Shown here: positions 33,961 through 40,323 of the stretch, in pieces
How the letters are laid out: every line of letters starts with the position of its first letter
How positions within the stretch are numbered: position 1 is the stretch's first letter
Program-made: the position numbers and the translations under genes
The notes under the pieces: model-generated
What the model was told of the DNA's origin: nothing
Seen by the model: the letters and a program-made list of their open reading frames with translations, nothing else
The model's database searches: none
Origin: Octopus bimaculoides
Lineage: Eukaryota
Assembly (NCBI RefSeq): GCF_001194135.2
Contig: NC_068989.1
Location: 35,396,263-35,436,585, forward strand
Reading direction: 5' to 3'
Length of the DNA stretch: 40,323 bases

Positions 33961-36311
33961 TCTAACAACAAATCTTATGACATGATGAGGATCTACCCCA
34001 CAGACTAACCCTTCAACAAAAGGGTATGTATCCCACCTGAAATTGACAGTGAAACAGAAGCAAAGCTCTCCTTAGCTAGAAATAGACTCCGACACATCTT
34101 AGACCGGTACAACAAATCCACTAAAAAGCATAATGAAGAGGGGACCTAGCAACTCAGTTCATCAGTTGCCAAAGGCCTACAAAGCTGAATCAGCGAATTA
34201 GGAACAGGGAATTAGTGCGCCTTCCTACAGACAAGTCTGGCAGACTGTCAATAGACAGCTCACAGAACTATGTCCAGACAATGCAACAACACATCAGTAG
34301 CATGAGAGAAGTTGCACCACATGAACATGAAAGAGTGGAAAAATTCCTCAATGCACACATAGGAATGTGGTGCAACATACTCCAACCTAAGAAACGGACT
34401 GCACACAATTTCCAAGCCTCCAACAATGATGTTCCTACACTATACGGGTTACGCATATACCCTACATAAACCTTGCCATGGGGCCCCCAACCCGACCAGT
34501 TTGCGGAGCGAATACCTCCAGTAATTATAGACTGTCCTACTTCCTCTCACAGGTATTACGATCCCCAGATGTCTGCGTGAGCACGGAAGATCTCAGTAAA
34601 ATCAGTACTTGCAACCACACCAACGACCTCACAGGTTGTGTAGTGGGCAGTATGGATGTGATTTCATTCTACCCATCAATAGACATAGATTTTGCTGTGG
34701 AAAAATGTATTGAGATAATCTGTGAGAGTGAAGTAGAGTTCCGTGGACTCAATACGAGGGAACTGGGCCTCCTCTATAGACTAAGCTGCGACAGTGACTA
34801 TTTAGATGACCATGACTTCAGTAGATTCTGCCCCACCAGGTCACAGAGAGGAAGACCACCCACCATCACCTTAGCATTGTAGAAAAGCACCGCAGAGTGC
34901 TGGAGTGGCTGGACCGTATCTACCCAAGACCCTGAGAACAACAATCAGGTGAAAGGAATGATTGTACATGCAATAGGGGCTAGTGTAAGAACCACCTTGA
35001 AGAACCACATAGTAAAGTTTAACAAGAAACTATGCATGCAGGTTCAAGATGCAGCCATTGATGTCGGTGTAGCTGGAGATGTGGCCGGCCTCTTCATGAC
35101 CCAGTGGGACAGAAAACTTAAGCAATCCTTAGCAGAATAGTCCACAACTCTTCTACTTTACAGTAGGTATGTAGACGACATATCCTTGTTAAGACCAACT
35201 CTAGTAACAGTAATATAGAAACTGAGAGGAACATAATGGAGAGCATCCAGCAATTAGCTAACTCCATCCACCAAAGTATCAAGGTAACTATAAATTACCC
35301 CACTAGGCACCCCAACAATAGACTCCCCGTCTTTGATACTGAACTTTGGTTAGAGACTGTGAACAACAGAGTGCAACTCCTCCACTCCTATTACATGAAA
35401 CCCATAGCTTCGAAATATGTTGTTCACAAGAACTCAGCTTTGTCACACGACATGAAAATTAACATACTGATAGCAGACTTAGGATAATGAACAAAGTATC
35501 CCCACTATGCAAACCCTATGTAACGAAGAAACATTTACAGAACTTCATGCACCGCATGCAATTCTCTGGATATGATCAGAAAGATAGGGTTCGAATATAC
35601 AGGGGTGTTAGAAAAAAGTTAGATAACATTATATGTCATGAAACCAGTGGTACCTGCCCTAGATATAGAAGCAAGGACTGGAATACGATACAAAGAGCTT
35701 GTGACAAAGCAAACAGGGTGAACACGTGGTATAAAACCGACAAATATCAAGGGGTGATGTTTGTAGAGGCCACAGCCCATGGAAAACTAGCCCGTAGATT
35801 TAGGAAAGCTCTGAAGGAGACCAAGCTCAACATTAAGCTTATTGAAAAGCCAAAGAACTCCATCAGATCACAACTATATAGGACGTACCCCTTTGAGAAT
35901 ATCATATGCACCAATGATAAGTGCATGGTATGTAGGATTAGCCCTGGCATTAGCTGTAGAACAAGAAATGTAGTCCACAGCATAAGATGCATAGACGGTG
36001 CTTGTAAAGACATGAACGTGACATACATAGGGGAGACATCTAGGAGCATTGCGGAAAGACTAAATGAACATTTAAAACAATATGACGACAGAAAACAGTC
36101 CTCCATACCCAACCAACATGCCAAGGACCAACATGGAGGCAATCTGGGTCAACTTGAGATCCGCATTTTATCCAAGCACCCAAAGGACCCAACCCTCAAA
36201 CAAATACAGGAGTACATCCTCATCAATGAAACATTCCCAGTACTAAATAGGAAATATACTGAGCAGGTAATCATATCCCCATACCCACAATTTATATTTA
36301 TATACAGGTAG
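33960..36311 (+). mobile_element. Decayed Penelope-like element (RT + GIY-YIG endonuclease), Neptune-like
   Basis: PTDKSG, PPTRPVCGA, GSMDVISFYPSID, AAIDVGVAGDVAGLFM, LYSRYVDDI (35156-35182), YPTRHPNNRLPVFD and YYMKP, then CTNDKCMVC..SC and NVVHSIRC...TYIGETSRSIAERLNEH. Several stops and frameshifts are present. Confidence 0.93.
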
Positions 36312-37058
36312 AATAGTTAGTGGGCTGTTATGTAGATGTATGTATGCGTGTGTGTATATATATATATATATNNNNNNNNNNNNNNNNNNNNNNNNNNNNN
36401 NNNNNNNNNNNNNNNNNNNNNNNNNNNNNNNNNNNNNNNNNNNNNNNNNNNNNNNNNNNNNNNNNNNNNNNNNNNNNNNNNNNNNNNNNNNNNNNNNNNN
36501 NNNNNNNNNNNNNNNNNNNNNNNNNNNNNNNNNNNNNNNNNNNNNNNNNNNNNNNNNNNNNNNNNNNNNNNNNNNNNNNNNNNNNNNNNNNNNNNNNNNN
36601 NNNNNNNNNNNNNNNNNNNNNNNNNNNNNNNNNNNNNNNNNNNNNNNNNNNNNNNNNNNNNNNNNNNNNNNNNNNNNNNNNNNNNNNNNNNNNNNNNNNN
36701 NNNNNNNNNNNNNNNNNNNNNNNNNNNNNNNNNNNNNNNNNNNNNNNNNNNNNNNNNNNNNNNNNNNNNNNNNNNNNNNNNNNNNNNNNNNNNNNNNNNN
36801 NNNNNNNNNNNNNNNNNNNNNNNNNNNNNNNNNNNNNNNNNNNNNNNNNNNNNNNNNNNNNNNNNNNNNNNNNNNNNNNNNNNNNNNNNNNNNNNNNNNN
36901 NNNNNNNNNNNNNNNNNNNNNNNNNNNNNNNNNNNNNNNNNNNNNNNNNNNNNNNNNNNNNNNNNNNNNNNNNNNNNNNNNNNNNNNNNNNNNNNNNNNN
37001 NNNNNNNNNNNNNNNNNNNNNNNNNNNNATATAAATATATATATATATGTATGTATAC

Positions 37059-37186
37059 CTGTAAAAATATGTGACACTTATTTGGTAGCCATGATAAAAC
37101 TCCGAGTTTCGGATGCCGGGGTGGGAACCCACGCCAACCTCGGAGTTTTATCATGGCTACCGAATAAGTGTCACATATTTTTACAG
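37059..37186. repeat. Near-perfect palindrome: 48-bp arms with a 32-bp spacer containing half of a hammerhead motif
   Basis: 37059-37106 CTGTAAAAATATGTGACACTTATTTGGTAGCCATGATAAAACTCCGAG is the reverse complement of 37139-37186 with one mismatch. Confidence 0.95.
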
Positions 37187-37244
37187 ATAAATTCCTATAT
37201 TTATATAATATCGAGGTCTCTTTCTTTTGTTGTCCTTTCTATCA

Positions 37245-37299
<55 letters not shown>

Positions 37300-38080
37300 G
37301 TGGGGATATACTTATTTAAGTATACAGAATACGCTTATACCATAATATAAAAGGGTTAGTTGATTGTTGGCTCTATCATACTCCGCGCCACCCACCGTCA
37401 TCTCATACCGACATCTTGTCAAGTCCATTTTTCCGGACACCGTTCGCTGCGGTCACCAATAAGTGAAAATACCTAGTCATATTAGAATTACTCATTTATC
37501 TTGTTAGTACATTGCAATTTTCCAGTCGATGCGATACAGATGTAATTGTAATTGATTAATTATTAGTACAACTGCTGACTGAAACAGCACCTAGGTTATC
37601 TGGAAAAGGAATGAACATGTGATGTTGATGGTGGTAGTGGTAGTGGTGATAGGGGTGGTGCTGGTGGTCGTCGTAGGATTTGGAGGGACGTATGAGACTA
37701 GTAATTGAAAAAGAAACGACGTTGTGCATTTAATGTCACCAGTAAAGGAGTTCCTATGTGAGTTAATGAGGGAGACACTGGCGTAATCACTCGACCTGTG
37801 AGAATCAGTAACCAAATTCCACTAACATCACACCCTACTATCTGTAACAAAAAAAGAAAAAAGCAAGAAAGAAATGATAAAAAGGAAAGCACATTGGGTG
37901 AAATAAGTTTAGCTACAACAAACTAGAAATAAAAAAATGATGTAACAGGTGTTGATTGGGCAGGGATGTTTGATTGGTATAAAACTGTAGAGTGAGGTTT
38001 GTGTAATTTCATACGGCTTGGTGATAAGGGCCTTCTCTTTATCTAAGAGGGAGAATAAATTGTAAAGAATATTCTGTCTA

Positions 38081-38123
<43 letters not shown>

Positions 38124-38154
38124 TTCTGTTTCTTTCTCTTACTCTCTCTCTCTA

Positions 38155-38275
38155 GTGTTAGGATTAGGGTTAGAGTTTCGGGTTATGGCGAGTGTTTCGG
38201 TTAGGGTTTAAGGTTTAGGGCTAGGGTTTAGGGTTAGGGTTTACAGTTAGGTTTAAAGTTAGGGCATAAGAGTTA
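38155..38275 (+). repeat. Degenerate interstitial (TTAGGG)n-like tract
   Basis: GTTAGGATTAGGGTTAGAG...TTTAGGGCTAGGGTTTAGGGTTAGGG. Confidence 0.75.
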
Positions 38276-38280
38276 AGGTC

Positions 38281-38352
38281 AGACTGCACGCTAAAGTGTA
38301 AACAGCCAGGTAGACTGCACGCTAAAGTGTAAACAGCCAGGTAGACTGCACG
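38281..38352. repeat. 31-bp tandem duplication (2.3 copies)
   Basis: AGACTGCACGCTAAAGTGTAAACAGCCAGGT twice, plus AGACTGCACG. Confidence 0.95.
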
Positions 38353-38462
38353 ATTAAGAGGAACCGGATAAATTTCAGTGAAGATCTGAGTTGAATTGCA
38401 TTTTTTAATACACGGGATATTTGCATTCTATTCGGAAATTTCTTTTGCAAACCTGAAAGAAC

Positions 38463-38982
38463 GGAAAGACTTCCGCCCGTCCCCACCACCATTTTCTCCC
38501 AAATTTGTTTATTCAAAATCTTTTATGCCCAAATCCCGTTTTCGGATACGGAGGTTCCGGAAAATTGCCAAAAATCGGCATTGTTAAATTTTACCCCACT
38601 TCCCCCCAAATTCTTCAATTTTGACTTTTTTTCCCAACACTAACCCTAACCCTAACCCAACCATAAAACTCTAACCATAACCCTAACCATAACCCTAACC
38701 CTAATCCTAAAACCCTAACACTAACCGTAACTACAGAAATGTTTTGAAATTTTTGTCCGAATCATAATGTCCGCATTTTTCCGCATATTAAGAAAAAAAA
38801 AAATTCTGAAAAAAGTAAGAAATGAAGGAAATGGGGTGAGGGTAATTTAAAAATGCCGATTTTTGCCAATTTTTTTTTGCAGATTCGTATTCCCCGTAGC
38901 CGAAAAGTGGCATTTGTGTCGAAAAACAATTTTTTTTTTTTTAAAGGGTGGTTTTTGGATGGGGATGGACGGAAGGCTTGCC
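38463..38982. mobile_element. 520-bp MITE with ~150-bp imperfect TIRs, GG..CC termini, a candidate 8-bp TSD and an internal (CCCTAA)n-like tract (Merlin- or MULE-like)
   Basis: Left arm 38463-38607 matches the reverse complement of ~38830-38982, e.g. AAAATTGCCAAAAATCGGCATTGTTAAATT vs AAAATTGGCAAAAATCGGCATTTTTAAATT. Flanks are GAAAGAAC (38455-38462) and GAAAGGAC (38983-38990). Telomere-like repeats lie at ~38640-38730. Confidence 0.75.
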
Positions 38983-39844
38983 GAAAGGACTGCTTGAATT
39001 GATTATCGTATTGGTCGTCACTTAGACACATTCTTTGTGTTGTAGAAACAACGATGATCTTCGTATTTATTTCACACAAGTTTATAATCAAATCTGTTAC
39101 ACATTTTGTTGCAAAGTTTAATTTCTTTTGGGCTTCCTCTATATAGAAGCGTCATATTGCAGTGGGGAACACAGAATTTGGCGTCTGAGATGTTAGACCT
39201 CTCCTTGGATAAATTCTGGTCACTGAGTCTGATTATGTTTTCAGTTTTTTCTCCATCAGCTTTGATTATCGAGATATGCTATACATGCAACTAATCGGGC
39301 ACAAAGATTGATGATAACAAATCATTATTGTTGCTTCTTGGATAAAAAATAAATATACAATATGTTTATGCATGATTTATACAATATGTTTATGTATGAT
39401 TAAATAACAACCATAGAATCAGATAACAGTGAAACAAGTCAAGAAAGTTATCATTGATACAATATTCATTTTGTCAGACGTCTCACGAAAGCAGCGTTTC
39501 AGAGTCTTCCTGTGATGAGCTGCCCAGGGTAATCACCTTGCATTATCTCAAAAACTAGAGCTGTTAGACACAAATGGAGGACATATTCTTATTCAGTGAC
39601 GTATATGTACCTGGAATCGGGTTTAAAATCTGTGGCACCAAAAAGCTTTATAAAATTTGTTCCTCAGTGTTATCATTTGATGGCTGTTCTTGTATTTTTT
39701 CAGTGTAATCTTTGTTTCAATGTTCAAATACCATGGATAAGGGACAGCTTCACAGAATCATGCAAAGGTCTCATGAACTTTGCAGGTCTGGCCATTGTCA
39801 ACTTAAGAGTATTTTAGCTTTGATAATCATAATTTCAAATTTTA

Positions 39845-39990
39845 GCACAAGGACAGCTATTTTAAAAGGAGGGCAGTCGAGTACATGGACCTCGGTGCTC
39901 AACTGGTACTTATTTATAGATCCCGAAAGGATGAAATCGAAAGTCGATCTCGATGGAATTTGAACTCAAAACGTACAGAGTGGGAAGAAA
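39845..39990 (-). mobile_element. SINE family A
   Basis: GTGCTCAACTGGTACTTATTTATAGATCCCGAAAGGATGAAA...GGAATTTGAACTCAAAACGTA. Confidence 0.8.
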
Positions 39991-40009
39991 TGTGGCTACG
40001 TTCGGCACA

Positions 40010-40172
40010 AAGCTTGCAGTTTTGGAGAAGGGTATAGTCTATAACGTCGACTCTCCACTCCCCGTAATCAACTGATACTTGCTTCATCGATCCTGAAAGA
40101 AATGAAAGGCAAAGTCGACTTAGGCGGCATTTGAACTCAGAAGAACGTAAAGGACGAAATACCGCTAAGCTT
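40010..40172 (-). mobile_element. SINE family A (second tandem copy)
   Basis: AACTGATACTTGCTTCATCGATCCTGAAAGAAATGAAAGGCAAAGTCGACTTAGGCGGCATTTGAACTCAG...GGACGAAATACCGCTAAGC. Confidence 0.8.
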
Positions 40173-40323
40173 CGACGGCAAATACAGGTGGTCCCAGGAT
40201 TTGGTGTGTTAGTGGGAGGCTCGGGGTTCAGGTATTCACCGCGAGCTCCTCATCCATATTTGCTATTATTCGATCGAAGATTATTGTACTTGTTACGTGT
40301 ATGGATGGCATGATTATCTCTAG

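Noticed and set aside
39480-39545. CTGTGATGAG / CGAAA motifs resembling a hammerhead core
   Set aside because: The core is interrupted and the motifs are in an order that does not give a valid type I or III fold.
39690-39800. Possible downstream exon after the acceptor-like TTTTTTCAG
   Set aside because: Joining in phase 1 from the 28307 donor gives an immediate stop (ATG TAA), and there is no other support.

Overview
This is a repeat-rich, low-GC eukaryotic window from a short-read-type assembly; most N gaps abut microsatellites. The tRNA-derived SINE families and microsatellite density suggest an octopus genome (inference, not checked). One host coding exon is supported: a ~1.26-kb exon at 27052-28307 (+) with canonical splice sites, encoding an acidic, probably disordered segment of unrecognised identity. 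Everything else looks intronic or intergenic and is filled with decayed transposable elements. These are mariner, Tc1 and Tigger/pogo transposase remnants, three RTE LINE fragments, a CR1/L2-group fragment, an internally deleted CsRn1-like Gypsy element with both LTRs and a tRNA-Trp PBS, a Helitron helicase fragment, a near-complete decayed Penelope-like (RT + GIY-YIG) element, a Merlin-like MITE carrying telomere-like repeats, and many SINEs. The most unusual non-coding signals are a complete type I hammerhead ribozyme motif on the minus strand (19760-19872), a half hammerhead at the centre of a 48-bp-arm palindrome (37059-37186), and a 35-bp minisatellite ending in a fold-back hairpin (29989-30209). 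No rRNA, true tRNA or CRISPR array is supported. I cannot claim a wholly new biological system from sequence alone.
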